DNA of 63,942 nucleotides, filler included, from 7 parts of 7 records of this genome joined end to end with filler, not necessarily neighbours in it; one strand, 5' to 3'. Counted from the first letter of the whole stretch, positions 36,219 through 50,304 are shown. Numbers and translations are program-made. The notes: a model not told the origin generated them from the letters alone.

Positions 36219-39200
36219 CTCGTAGTGATTTGGCGCATTATAGTTCACCACAACGCGCAGCGTCGGAATATCCAGTCCACGTGCCACCACCGACGTGGCA
36301 ATCATAATGTTGACGACGCGGCTCTTGAAGTCCGAGATAATGAAGTCTCGATCGCCCTGGTCTTTCCCGCCGTGCAGTGTAAGCGACATGTAACCGGCGC
36401 GATGGAGCTGATCGAAGAGCCTCTCCGTTGCGTCTTGCTTGTCGACGAAAATGAGGATGTTCGTCTCTTCCGAGTACCATTCTCCGAGGATCTGCAACAG
36501 CCGGAGGAACTTTTGCTCCTCGTCTTCAATAATCTCAATATACTGGTCAATGTCCGTGTTGGCGACCGATCGACCACCGACGGTAATTTCCACCGGTCGC
36601 TTGAGAATCTTGCGCGCGAGTCGCTCGACAACGACGGGGAATGTCGCGGAAAACATAACGGTCTGTCGATCAGGACGGCAGTTATCCACGATGTATGTTA
36701 CCTGCGGCTCGAACCCGAGATCAAACATGCGATCAGCTTCATCTAAAACCACGTACGTAACGCGACGGAAATTCGTAATACGGCAGTTATTTGCCGTTAT
36801 GACATCAATCATTCGACCTGGTGTGCAAATCACGATTTCGCTGCCGCGTTTGAGATCGCGGATCTGCGACGCAACGTTCGATCCGCCGTACACGCACGTG
36901 GCGCGAAGATCGAGCACTTTGGTGAACTTTTTCGTCTCATTATAGATCTGCACGGCGAGTTCTCGCGTCGGCGCCATAATAAGAGCTGCAAAGCGACGAG
37001 AAACACGACGGAGAGAAACGAACCGCAGAAACCGTGGAATGTAAGCTGTTTCATCGGCTTTCAGGGTTCACTGGAGCGAATTCGAATGAGCTCCGCGGAC
37101 GGGATGACGAGCGCTCGTCCCTTCGACTGAGGATGAACCGGTGAAGAATAACGAATATCTCCTTTCTACGGCACATTCTGTAGCGCAATCAGCGCAGATA
37201 TGCGATAAGAGATCTTTGTGAAGCGCGACAGCGCCGCGAAGAGAGGACACACCACAGCGTTGACCGATTTTCCAGAAACTACGCACTTACATTCCAGAAT
37301 AGTACACCACAAGCGTGGAAACCATAGAATAGAAGATCATGGCACTTCACCGCAGTGCGAGTGAAAGAGTAAAACGCACCGATTGGACCGTCTCCGTCTT
37401 CGAGCGGCGGTTGGTCGAGCACGTGGCGGAGCATGGGAAGGACAAACGCCAATGTCTTCCCTGAACCAGTTTTCGCGATGCCAATCGTGTCACGTCCGGA
37501 CATAATGCAGGGGATCGCTTGCATTTGCACGGAAAGAGGCTTTTCGTATTGGTAGTGCTTCAGAACGGTCGTGATTCGCGATGCGAGACCGCATTGATAG
37601 AAGCTCGTGATCGGCTTCGGCACGTTCTTTCCGCGAACTTTCATCTCGTTTTCCTCGCGAAGCAGCGCAGCCTCGTCTGTCGTCATATTGCGAATCTCCT
37701 CGCTCTCAATGTAGAAATCTTTGCGAAACGGAATATAGTTGATCTTACTGTGATCAACGACGGGATTATTTTTCTTCACGGTCTTCTTCTTGTACACATC
37801 GTATTCACCGCCATCGGGAGTCATTTCCGCGAGCGCCTGCATGGGATCCGGCCGTTACACACGCAAATCACCGCACAACGGAGCCCCGAAAATGATTACA
37901 TGGTCGCCCATTCACACCGCATTACGGCAGATTTCAGGGACGGATAGCCACCGCCTTGAAGGAGATTAAGAGCGGCCGCGCAATATTGATGAGCGCGAGA
38001 GTGTCGACTGGTAACACAGAGGAAGGTGGAACAAAACGCATTTGCACACCGGGAGAAGATCGGAACGAAACACAGCGCTCTCTCGCTTCCCGACTTCGAT
38101 ATTCCCGAAGGGGAGGAAAACGTGCCAACCGCAGTGAAAAGAGAACGCTCGAACTTCTGATGGCGGAGTTGCTCATCACCGCACAATACACACAGCCTAG
38201 TTCCTTAACCTGTTCCAAATCGCTACAAGCCGCGAGCTGCACTGCTCGCCGGGCAGATGACAACACCGTAGAATTCGTGCGGAGGAAACGGAGAAACGAA
38301 ACAGAACATCATATCCTATTTTCGGGGCATCGCTGCACTTGGTCGGACAAAGGATCGAGATGGACGAGGGACTTGGAAAATCCGTAGCGAGGATCGTGCT
38401 GTCTCTGTGGCGTCAATGTCGTTGTGCTCGCATGAAGCAGGGGTGCGTCATTCAGGGCAAGAGGAGAACGTGCAGATTCCCTCCTATAGCATTCGGGTTA
38501 TGTCGAGCACGCAACAAACCATATCGAAGCTGTTTAGCTCTTCATCCATCATTACCGCCGCTTTTCCGTTCGCAGAGGATTCTGCGTCCGCAGCAGCAGC
38601 TTCGTCTTCCGCTTTGAGCTCTTCCACCTACAAGATCGAAAATACAAAAATTGGAAAACGAATGTTGCCTCAATGGTCACATAAGACTGTTCTACCAAGG
38701 GACATCAAGAGCTTCAGGAAAATAAAAGTAAGCGTTACAAGGAAACGTAACGCACGAATTCCGGTCGGAAATAGAAAAGAGAGATTGGTACATGGTGCAC
38801 ACCGCGCAATTTCACCCACAACAGCTACTGAATCCTGTTTGCCGTTGTATCTGGAAAACGAACAATATCCCCAAAGGCTGTGTAGATGCCGAAGAGACAC
38901 TGTGTATATAATGAGACCAAGTCATGAGTTTACTAAAGAAAAGAGTACGATAAAATTCGGGCACCCAATGCCAATACAGAAACAGATATATACTATGTGG
39001 AGCGACACGTGTTTCTCCAATCCAGCCAACGATGCTTGCGTTCCAAAACGAACAGAGCGCTGTTCCAAGCCAAAGTGAACGTCTGCGCACAGTATTCAAG
39101 AACTCCAATCAATGACAAATGTGAAATGAGCGTTTCGTTTGATAGCGTGTTTACAGAAGAAAAAAAAGTGGTGTCAGAAGGAAGAGCATCTTTCGGGTTG

Positions 39201-41285
39201 TAAGGATAGGAAGGGAACCGTCACGTACTTGCTTGTCGATGTTGACCATGAAAGCCTGTAGTGGATCCTCTTCATCGTCCTCGAGTTCTTCTTCCTTCGT
39301 TGTTGGACTTTGTACATCTTTCATGGCTTCGTCATGACTGTCTGCTCGAAGAATTTCCTGCGGAGGGGGTAAACGTGCAGCAACCGATGGATCGCGAGGG
39401 CGCGAAGCGCTGCCGCCGCCGGTTTCCTCGTCCTCGTCATCTTCGTCGTCATCACCACCGAACGGAAACCCAACAGGCTGCTTCGGAGCAGCTTTTGGTT
39501 TCTGCGCCGTGTTCGTCGTTAGTGCTCCTAGACGTAATGGTTTCGCGGCGATGCCACCGAGGCGAAGAGGGGCAACGGACACCGGCTTTGTCGGTGCAAC
39601 GGAAGAACTCCCCGCAGGCGTCGATGTCGGAGTGGCAGCGGTAGGCGGCTGCAACGGCTGTGGCACAGCTGGCGCGACACCTGGCTTCTTCTCCGCGTTG
39701 TCGACTACCTGTGCGTCGCCTTCCACGTCCTGCTGCATTGAAGAGCTACCACTCATCGGCGTCACAGCAGGCGGACTACGCGAGTACCGAGCGCGAGAAT
39801 GATGGCAAGAGAAGCGCCACCGGAAGAGGCGCATTGCGTACTGGGGAGTGAGAAAACGCACACACAGCACATCGGAACTTTCTCTTTTCCCAAACAAGCC
39901 ATACACAGCCGAACAAGGACATCAGGGAGGAAGAGAGAGACCTTCTAGTCAATTGCTGTTCCCGCGTTGAGGATAGCAGTGCGAATGCAACGCGGTGGTG
40001 CCTTGGCTCGCGCTCGATTCTCGCTTCTCTCCCTCACAGGGGGAAAGCCGACAAAGCGCAGCTGTGCGCGGCGACGGCGCTGGAGCTTCCCCTCTCCACT
40101 CGTCAATCCTTTATCTTGCGCCAACGAAAAAATACAAACTGCGGCACAAAACTTATAAGAATTCATCATTATAAACCCTTCTTGAACAAGTGCAATAGGA
40201 ATAGGAACGTACGTTGAAGTCGCTTTCATTTTCTTCCACATTTCGAGCCGCTCGCGACGCTTGCGCTGCGCCTCATTTTCATTTGGAGCGGTCTCAGCCT
40301 GGTGCGAAGAACAGAGTGGCCAGCAAATTACATCGACGTCAAGCGTATACCGTGGAAATGATATCCCAAACAGACTCTTGTATAACGCAGTAGGGCACGG
40401 TGGATAGTGACTGCAAGCCGCAGTATGGTGAAGCATCGACGTACTTTGTTTGCGGCGAGACTCGGCGCGGAGGACTCGCTCAGGCGCTGTTCAGCGTCGC
40501 GGGCATGGCGTCGGCGTTCGCGTGATGGACTCCGCGACCGGCTGCTGTGGTGCCTTTTGCGGCTGCTCCGATGCTCACGCGACTGCATACATTGTGTTAA
40601 TGCAAAGCGCGTACCGGAACTTGGGTGGTCAGCCATCTTGCTCGCTGCAGGCGCGTGCGCAGCTCATAGTCTCGCGGAAACGCGAGTGTACAAGTGGAGC
40701 TCGCACGCCTCACCGCAGCGGAGCATAGTAAGTCGTAGAAGAGCCACTACTCCGGTGAACCCCCGCTTAAGAGATATCGAGTCTCTACACCGTAATATAG
40801 AGATAAGAGCACTTCTCTCGCCAATTTCCATGTGCAGTGCCCGGGGACGCGTGTGTGAGAGCGCTCGTACAAAGTGTGGACAGAAGCGTCACAGGTGGAT
40901 CTGAACGCGCGCACTCGCGTCCACGCTACTATTCCCCTGCCGATCGGAAAACATGGTTGCCCCCATTGCTCTGCAAGGTTTTGTGTACATACTACCTCGA
41001 TATGCGAAGCCAATATCACGGATGCTGCACAAAAAGGAGAGGGTGGGGCTCTACACGAAGTGGGTTGTGTATACGCACACGGACGAAGTCCCACACGCCT
41101 CCCGTTCCTTCCTGCACAAGCGGCTCCTGCGCTTACGACGGGACCAGGGAACAGAACGGCACCGTACACAGTCTTCCCCAGACAGGACCGAGTGCCAACA
41201 GGAGTATTAGCAAATCCGTCGATGTAACATAGCGTACATGAGAGCGCTTCCTCGACGAGCGTTCGCGGCTCCGGCTCCGACCCAT
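36219..41285 (-). CDS. DDX46: DEAD-box RNA helicase DDX46/Prp5, at least 7 exons, 3'-truncated
   Basis: RS-rich N-terminus ([11 protein letters not shown]), [66 protein letters not shown]; last visible donor gtgagc. Confidence 0.92.
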
Positions 41286-42453
41286 GTTCTCGCTGCGCGC
41301 AACAACTCGTCGCTCGCAAGCGGCGTTTTGCTCACGCTGCTGCGCGAGGCGTAGAATCCTCCTCCTGCTAGGGTTGCCCCGCAAGGAAACAGAGGAGGCC
41401 AGAGTTGGCTCCTCTGGGAGGTGAAAACCTGTCCGCGTGGGTGCGTGCAGCTTTCTACTTCCTCGACGACTCAAAGCTGACCGCAGGTCTCGTTTCTTTC
41501 CGGAAGTGAGGTAAACGGAGCAATATTTCGTACTCCATTGCAAATGGTGTTTGCTGGAAGGCCGAAGCTGCCTCGACGTGACCCACACAGCAGCTTCTTC
41601 AAGCTAACTTCCTGGTTTACATTCTAGGGCGTCCGGATTGATATCCGAAATTATAGATGTGTTCATTTGTAACACAGATCATATTAGGTATACTTGTTTG
41701 GAAATCAATATTGATCGACACCATTGCACCGCCTTCGATCGGGCTTATGGCAGGGGCAGGCGCGACCGCCAGCGGACGCGGAGAAGACGCGGCGGACACG
41801 TGGCGTTGCGCTCGCGAGCCCTGCGCCGATGGCTCCTGCTGACCGCTGTAGCGGCGACAGCGAGGACCAGGCGCCCCTTCTCCCGTACGTTATATCACGT
41901 TGCGTCGATAACAACGTCACAATCATTTTACAAAGCGACCACGATGCATCCTTTGGCAAGGGATAGTTGGTGGTATTCCTTTCGCATTTTGCTTGTGTGC
42001 GCTGACGCGTGTCGCACCCGGCAGGTGCTGTGCCTATGCACTACGTCACGCTCTTAAATACGTTGGTAAGCGGAGAAATAAAATTGACAAAGGAAAAATA
42101 GACGGTGTTCTATATTTTTGTAATGTAATATTTGGGGTAAAGGCGGCAAAATTCTGCGTTTCCTGACGCAGTGATATCCGGGTGCTTGACAGGCCGCGCG
42201 GCGCTATCCTTGCTTTCCGCACTTTGCCGAAAGAGCACGGTGCGGTCACCATCGGAGCGGTTCCAGTTCAGCGTTCTCAGCCAAAAGAATGCACACGTAG
42301 GAATTTCCACCCCTTTCCTTTGCACAGTGCTCCCCATGCGAAGTGTATAGATGCTTGGTCGGCTTGGATAAAGCGGCACGCGCGTTGGCGGTGCAACGTG
42401 GGCGTAGGGCGCTTGGCGGGCGATTAAGCACGTGCTGGTGAGCGTGGCCAAAA

Positions 42454-42711
42454 ATGACGCACGCGCGTTCGTCGCTCGTCTGGCGTGAAGCCCCTCACTG
42501 CGCGCACGCGCGCTTCCGCTTCCGAAGCAGGCCTGGCGATGGCGGCGCGGAGGAGCGAGGAGAATTCGCGCTCAATGTTCTCTTCGTCGATGGAAAGAGT
42601 GTTCGCGTAAGTGGATTCGATGCTTCGAGCACGGTCGAAGATCTCGAGGAGGCGATTCGGGAGCAGTGCAACTTGCACGAGAAGCGGCTCCGCCTCATCA
42701 GCGCCGGCAAG
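42454..42711 (+). CDS. First exon of a ubiquitin-like domain protein (partial)
   Basis: LNVLFVDGKSVRV...STVEDLEEAI....RLRLISAGK followed by donor gtgcgc; start uncertain. Confidence 0.6.
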
Positions 42712-42861
42712 GTGCGCGCGCCTGCCCACGCTGCGCCCGGACGCTCGGCCACTGCTGTCCCCGCGCCGGACGGCGAGCGTCTTTGCGCCACGGGAAGACC
42801 TCAAGTTGAGAATGCATGATTTCGTGAAAGAGGAAGAGAATATAGCTGCTTCATTCAGACT

Positions 42862-42961
42862 NNNNNNNNNNNNNNNNNNNNNNNNNNNNNNNNNNNNNNN
42901 NNNNNTTAATTAATTAANNNNNNNNNNNNNNNNNNNNNNNNNNNNNNNNNNNNNNNNNNNN
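42862..42961. other. Artificial contig linker
   Basis: N44-TTAATTAATTAA-N44. Confidence 0.99.
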
Positions 42962-43017
42962 GATGTTCGGACCGGTTCACACTGCCGCTCGCCAACAATC
43001 GCTCGTCCTCACTACAG

Positions 43018-43345
43018 GGATGGAATGCCTGACCCTGACGCGCTGGAGTACCCGATGGCTTACGACAGGGCGACAAGCGCACAATCCAAAGGAGCCGTGG
43101 GTCACGCCGGCGACAATAGCGGGATCGCACATCGTCCCCAATATGTACCCATCATGCACCACATATTTGGCAAACCCGCGTCGCAGATTGAGCCAGTCAT
43201 GACAGTCATGGACTCGATCATCCATCGTTCGCATCGGGCCGACCCCGCGCGCGGGCAAGACCTCTCGCGCGAAGACGCGGCGTTTCTCGACTCCGTGATT
43301 GTGACTCCTCAGGCTTCGCCTCCGCGATCGCCGCGCCGCTTCTGA
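43018..43345 (+). CDS. Probable terminal exon of an unidentified gene
   Basis: ctacag acceptor, GC-rich coding-like frame to TGA, then AT-richer sequence; no family recognised. Confidence 0.45.
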
Positions 43346-44240
43346 GTCTAGCAAGTATCTATTTTTGTTACACCTCTCCAAAAATCCACACTCCCTGTAC
43401 AATGATATGTAAATATCTATTTCCCGCTTTCTTTCTTTTCTGCTTGGTGGACAACACAGAATCAGAGCACACGAATACATGAATGCATCAACAGGATCTG
43501 GCAGCATGTCGCATACGCTGCTACGAGGACAGTCGCATGCACAATCGTATTGCGCAGCATCAGACAAGCAAATGATAAAACTTGCTACACCAAGGCGCGC
43601 CGTTTCAGATACTGTGGTGAAAGAAAAAACGCGATCTGCACAAAGGGCCATTCCGTGCGAGATTTTTTTCTATGAGCTGCGCGGAAGTCACTTCTTCACG
43701 CCAAAGGGCCCACGAATAGCGGACGCAATGATAAGCACACACGCATTAGTCGGCCACGACAGCTACCACTCACTGCATTTTCAGGCACGCGAGAAATGTG
43801 CACTTTGCAAATTCTTTCCCAAAACGAGAAATTGAAAAGGAGGGGGGAGGAGGAGCGTCGAGCCAATTCCGATTGGGCACAGTGACTCTCCAGGACCCTG
43901 AGGCAGTCTGACGACATCGATGTGCGCCCTACCTATCGCATACAGCGCGCGCTCGAACATTCACTGTGCACCTGTCCGCGTTCCAATGCCGCGATAGGAT
44001 GTGTTACTGCAAGTAGCGTGCTGGGCGACTCCGATATGAAACTGTGGTAAGAGAAGCATTGCGAGCACCGAGCACCAGAACAGGACGAAGCGCAGCGCCT
44101 ATCGAGGAGCAACGAAACGGGATAGCGGGTGCAAACGTTCATTTTGCGGCACGAGGGCAAAGGGCGAGAGCTGACCGCGACGCTCTCCCACACACACTCA
44201 GCGAAATACTATGCGGTACACTTTGACATCGCACATGCCG

Positions 44241-45412
44241 TTACAGCTCGCCTTTCGCAGCATTCAAGATGCTGGCAGTATCCTGCGGGACCTGGATGCC
44301 GAGGTCCTTGAACTCGTTCGCAAGCGTGTTCTCGTGCATCGCACGCACAAGGTCATCGCTACCGCCTAGCAGTTTTCCACCGATGAAAATAAAAGGAACT
44401 GTCCGCTGTCCTGTTTTCTGGTAGAGTGCATCTTGCAGTGCCCGCCCTTTTTCTGCAGAGGGAAGCAAAGAACGATCGAATCCCACCGCCCGTGGCGCAT
44501 AAATGGGCAGAGAAAGTGCGCAGCAAGCTGGCCTCAGACCACTGCATACGAGTGAGACATGGATGAAAATTCTCCATTTTCTTGCTATATCATACGGAAA
44601 TTGGAATTACTTTTGTGAGCACACATTTGAAGTCAAAATCGCGACTCTCTGCTCTCCTTTTCTGTACATAAACTGCGTGTAAGAGGCAAAGCAAACGACC
44701 CTTCGAGCGCCCTGAGCCACTACCAGGTGCGCGGCGTGCAAAACCCTCAGAAACTGAGCGCCACGCCGCAGCGGCACTCCCTTTCTCATGTGAGATACAT
44801 AGCACCATGATTCATACACAAAATAAATGTGCGTAGGGAGACAATGGGGGAGGCGAGCCGGAAAACAGGTTATTGCAGCGCCCGCGCCGCGCACGAGCTG
44901 CAACAACGAGGCTGGCAGGGCAGCGACAGCATGCCGAGTCTCACGTTAACACCACAGTCTTCGCCAACATACCAAGCTGGTCGAGCTCCATTACCACTGG
45001 CGACACATCCATAGCAGCGAACAGCTTTTTTGTACGGCGACAGAACGGGCAATAGGATTTCGACATGATGACTACCTCATCTGTCCGAAAAAAAAAACGA
45101 TGCGCATATCACAAAGTTGACGGGAATATAAGCAACGATACGCCGCGAACAGAACCTTGCGCTCCCTCGGAGTGTCAACAAGCAACAGCACAGCACATGA
45201 GCACGCGAGTGCAGGCGCATAGTATCGGGAAGTATCATGACTTCCTGCACATGATACATTCTCGCTATCGACGTACTTTGCTTCAATAGATCCCAGACTT
45301 TATCAGGATTCTGGGCGACATCTTCCGTGGTCACAGAAGCAGCTCGTACCAGCGCGAGCGAGACAAGCACAATGGACGCGAGGAACAAGGCGCGGCAAGA
45401 GGAGCAGCTCAT
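44241..45412 (-). CDS. Dithiol glutaredoxin (CPFC) with signal peptide and C-terminal KGEL; exons 45412-45277, 45080-44973, 44452-44241
   Basis: Spliced: MSCSSCRALFLASIVLVSLALVRA..KQ/NEVVIMSKSYCPFCRRTK..MELDQL/EKGRALQ..TGQRTVPFIFIGG..GGSDD..AAKGEL*. Confidence 0.92.
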
Positions 45413-47222
45413 GACGACAGGTCCGTGGCGCTACGAAGCCCAATTCGCAAGACGTTTGATGAGAACATGATGAGAAAAAAGACAACGTTTGAAAACATGG
45501 ATTGCTTTATACGAAAAAGCTATGTTTTGAAAGAAAAAAAAAGCAATGCGCACGGGCCGCCTACTAGAGGGCGGTCATGCAGAGCGAAGTACTTCGGCGC
45601 AACACGGCTGCAGGCTCGCTGCAGACCAAGCAATGTCCGGAGTGCAGTGGAAGCAGGTCACTGCCGGTGTTACTACACGTGCAAGGCCCGGCGCGCTTTC
45701 TACTCGCCACGAAGGGCCTTGCGGGCGCGAGGCACCTGTTCCCAGCACGCAATAAAATTCGGTCCAAGCCTCTGGGAACACACCTGTGGCAACTGAGTTG
45801 AGCGAGAGAAACCTCCGTGGGCGCAGAGCGCGCTCAGCGCGCTCTCGACTCGCATCAGCATGAGCCCACTTCATGGTCATTCCAAAAATACCCTAATTTG
45901 CGAAACCGAGGACAGCGATTGCTCTTGGTTCCCAGACAGCCGCCGGGACCCCGACCTGCCAAGGGCAGCGCGCCGCGCGTGCACCGAGTGACAGCGAGGT
46001 GCGCTGCATGCAGGCGGCACGACGCCGGGGTATGATAATCTACACGAGAAGCTGGAATGCAAGAAGACTGGGCAATGTCGTACAAATTCATAAAATAGAT
46101 TGGCAGGAAAAGGATCATCTGTGGGGTCGCAAAACGGACAGAATCTGAAAGAGCCACGCCGCGACCTGCTTTCTCAGAACAGAACCAGACAGGCGGGACC
46201 GCACCAGCCAGCAAGCCTTGCTGCTATGCAAGGAATCAATCGACGCCAAAGGAGGCCTTCTCCTCGAGGGTAGACCCAGAACCTCTGTCAAATTGTTCAA
46301 AACATATTTTTGTGATGAAAGAAACAGCACTGGCACTGTATTGACCGCTTGCAGCCGGACGAGAAAGCGCTGTACACGCAACTTTGGCCGCACGCGAGCG
46401 AGACAACAGCTATACAAAGAGAAAAGAACGCAAGACGTTCCAGCTCGTGGGCACGCGGAGCAAATGAGAACCAGTTTGGGCGCTCCAGGCCAGCCGCTCG
46501 GTCTCAACGCGATACTTTGTGTGCATAGAGATGGATAGATGTAGTCACAAGCCATTGCAGTCTTTCCCCCACCGGCTCGCGCTCCACATGGAACAGGAGA
46601 AGGATCAGATGCAGGAAAGGAAAATGTTAGCATACGGTATCGCGGGTCCACTCTGCACCAAGACGCGGCCCAGGAGCGTGAGCTCACTGTTTACTCGCTC
46701 CATTGGAAATATATTTCATACCCGATACCATGCGAACTGATGGCGATAATCGCGTATTGGTTTCGTTTCACTGTTCAAAGAGTATACTGTAGCTTGAAAA
46801 ATTCCTACAGGAAGATACTGCCCAATGAAATCCCTGTTTTTTGAACGCTGCAACTCCTGGTAAAAATAGTATACGAACTCCCGGTCTGTGTGCCGACAGC
46901 CCGCAAGGCAAACGCAATCCTGCAGAGCCATTTTCCGTGAACGCACGCTGGATTATCATCAGTATAAGCAAATCTCAGTAAAAATATGAAAATTGTATTA
47001 AAAAAATCTACACACAGAAGGAAGCTCTTTATCTTTTGTCATTCGCACGACGCTGCTGACCTGCGCGCCACAGCAGACCTCTGCATCGTCCCGCTGTGCA
47101 CTCGTTCGTCCAGACTCTCTGCATCTCGGACAACCTAGAAACCCGCTACAATCTCGACCCAGAGATCTCTGTATCATCGCAAGAAATCGGTGAGAAGAAG
47201 ATTGTTTTTGTTACGAGCAAGT

Positions 47223-50200
47223 ATGAGTGTAGCTGGGCAAGAATCAATTCATGGAAAGGAAAATCGTGCGGGATCGCGTGGGTGCAACGACGTCGAAGGA
47301 CGCCCTTTGTCCGCAGATCCTATACGTGGGTCGAGCTCTCCGCTTGAAACGCCACCACCGCACCTCCGGCAGTTTCGGAGATCGGTCATTGACCAGCGCG
47401 GGGCGTCCGAATTCCGTCGAGTGAGTGATCACGGTCCTTCTCTACATTCTGCAGCAGGACATCGATCGTCGCGCGCAGGATCTGCGCCGTCGCGAAACTC
47501 CACCGCGATTCGCAGTGCCGACAGCTGCTATACAATTGCCCTTGTCGAGAACCGCGCTCGCGAAGTATGTCCGTGCAGAGCAGCGGAGACTATTCTCCGT
47601 GCTTTGCATTCCTCAAGTCGATCATGTTTTCTTGCCGCGCTTGAGAAAAGAAAAATGCAATTCTACGCGTGTGCACTGTGAAATCCAAAACACCTCAAAA
47701 CCAACGGTTCTATCTGGCACTGCAGTATCGATGCCGGAGGAGAGCTGGCCAGCGCCGCGCGCGACGACCGTCGCCTTCCAGCGAAAAGCGAAAGATTTAC
47801 GCACCATTTATGTCGTATTCTTTTGTCGTGATTGTAACTGTCTGACTGCATCATCTCCCTGCCCAACACTTCATTTCTGCGCTGTGCAGGTGGGTCTGGC
47901 TGCGATGAGTGCGCGATACGCTGAGATTGCGGTGGCGCAGTTTTGCGACTCGAACGGGTACATTGGCGTTCTCAGCTTCTTCGAATGCTATCCGCCAAAC
48001 GAAATCGTTCTCCCCATCACTGCAATGCACTCTCTTCTACACACTACCCTTCAGATTGAGTGTCCCAACGTCCGCCTGACTGTGATTGGGCGCAAGTATT
48101 TCAATGATACACAGGGGGCGCTCGTGTTAGACCATATCGTGCGCGACAGCTGCAGCGCTGCGCTGCTGGACAAAACCAGCCATTATCTCGCCCTCGCCGC
48201 AGTGCATGCACTCATCAAGTCCATTGAGGGAGCGCAAAATGTGGCGTATGCAGCAAACTCTGTATCACTCCGTCTTGTAGGGGCGGGGGATAGCATGCTG
48301 CTCGACCGTCACACGGTTGCTGGTCTGGAGCTTTTACGCAACGCGAGCACGGGACACACGAAAGGATCGCTGCTGTCATATCTGAGCCGCACGCGCACCC
48401 CAATGGGCGCGCGCGCACTTCGCACGGCCGTCCTCCAGCCACCCCTTTCGGTGTCGACCATCCAAGCGCGCCAAAACTGCGTGAACGAGCTGCTCTTGAA
48501 CGAGAAAAGGTTTTATAGCGTATGCGCAGCCCTTGATAAAATGGCGGATCTCGATGCAGTGGTGGCCGGACTGGCGCGCATCCACCGCGAACCCACAGAC
48601 GCGCACTGCCGCGCACAGATCACGCACCTTCTCCAGCTGCGCGGCTGTCTCTTGTCAGTGCGACGGCTCGCCGACGCTTTGCAGGGTGTGGAAGAAGAGC
48701 TGCTTGCCGTTGCGTGTGCACTCTTCAAAAGCGATTGTCCAGCACTGGTAGAATCGCGCATTCAAGAAGTGCTGTCCGAGGAGTTTGCGATGAACCGCGC
48801 AACCTCCGCATCTGGCCACGCGCGCAGTGTTCTGGTGATGGCCGTGCGCCCAGGGATCAACGGGCTGCTCGACGTTGCGCGGACAGCGTACACCGAAGCT
48901 GTGCAGGATCTCCACGAGCACTACGAATCCCTGCGCAGTGCGCTCGACGGTGGCAAATTGCGTCTCGAGTATTCGAGTCGACGGGGCTATTTCCTCTCTG
49001 TTCCCGCCGGACGGGGCGCCTCGGCCGCGCACGGGAATCGCGCCCTTCCTCCGGGAGCTCTGCAGGTGTGCCGCACGGGGCGGCGCATCACCTGCACCAC
49101 ACCGGAAATCTCTGCGCTGAATTCGCGCATACGCGAATCGCTTTCTGAAATCCACGTCCTTACCGCTCGTACTGTAGAAGACACAATTGTCTTTGTGCGG
49201 GCGCATGCTGCGGCCCTGGCGAGCATTGCAGAGACCATCGGCCTGCTGGACATGCTCATGTCGTTTGCGGAGCTCGTGACCCTTGCCAACGGGTCGCTGG
49301 TGAGGCCAGTCGTTAGCAATGCGCGCCAGGGCCCGCTGGCAATACGCGGAGGACGACACCCTACGCTTTCCTTGGCACAAGGAAGTGATATGCAAGTCAC
49401 CCCGAACGACACGTGGCTGGCGTCGACGTGTCGCGTGCGACTGGTGATGGGGCCGAATATGGCGGGAAAATCCGTGTACCTGCGCCAGACTGCGCTGATT
49501 CTCCTCCTTGCGCAGATCGGCGCATTCGTGCCCGCCGTGTACGTTGAATTCAGCCCAGTCGACCGTGTATTGGCTCACTTTTCGCGAGCTGATGCTGGCG
49601 ACCCTGGATGCTCTTCCTTCTTCCAAGAAATGCGCGATGCCGCGTTCCTGCTCCACAGTGCAACACCGGCATCGCTCGTCCTTGTCGACGAGCTGGGTCG
49701 CGGGACGGCGCACAGCGACGGCTCTGCGATCTCGTGGGCCATCACCGAGGGCCTGCGCTCCTCTGGCTGCCGCGCACTGATCGCAACCCATTTCCCCGCG
49801 CTACGGTCCATGGCAGCTGTGTATCCCGACGTCGCGCTGGCGTGGCTCCCCCAGCCGCCGTGGGCGCGCGCCAGACCCGGAAACCAGCACTCGCCGCCAG
49901 AGGACTCCGTGGAGCCCTCGCAAGAAAGTACCCCTTTCCAGGTCTCCGAACGTCCGCCAGACGGACCGTGCAGCTACGGCATTGCGGCAGCGCGCGCTTC
50001 CAGTATGCCTCCAGAGGTGGTCGACGCGGCAGCAGATATCGCGCTGCGTATCGCGTCTCGCTCTGCTGCTCTCGGAGGAACCAGCGCATACGACGGGAAC
50101 GGCAGCTGCCAAGGTGCCCGAGCGTGCCAGCTGCCGCTCTCCGCGTGCGCAGCCGCAGCGCAGCGCGTGCTTGCCTTGCGCGCCGCCGACCTGCTGCCGC

Positions 50201-50304
50201 GCGCGCCGGCGCAAGCGCGTGCCGCAGCCGAACAACTACGTGCTGTCCGCGAACTCCTGGTGTCTCATGGGGCAATTCGCCACCCGACACAGCTCCATGG
50301 CTAA
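47223..50304 (+). CDS. MSH4: MutS homolog 4 (meiotic); exons 47223-47564 and 47890-50304
   Basis: Lacks mismatch-binding domain I; IALVENRARE/VGLAA resembles the MSH4 N-terminal pattern; AVRPGINGLLDVAR, GPNMAGKS, DELGRGT, ATHF, YGI. Confidence 0.88.

Noticed and set aside
41300..42450. Possible snRNA or other ncRNA between the divergent DDX46 and ubiquitin-like genes
   Set aside because: No U1, U2, U4, U5, U6, tRNA or SL RNA signature recognised
47425..47889. N-terminal 155 aa of the 959-aa ORF as part of MSH4
   Set aside because: It is an out-of-frame part of exon 1 plus the intron 47565-47889 read through; the spliced model restores ENRARE/VG
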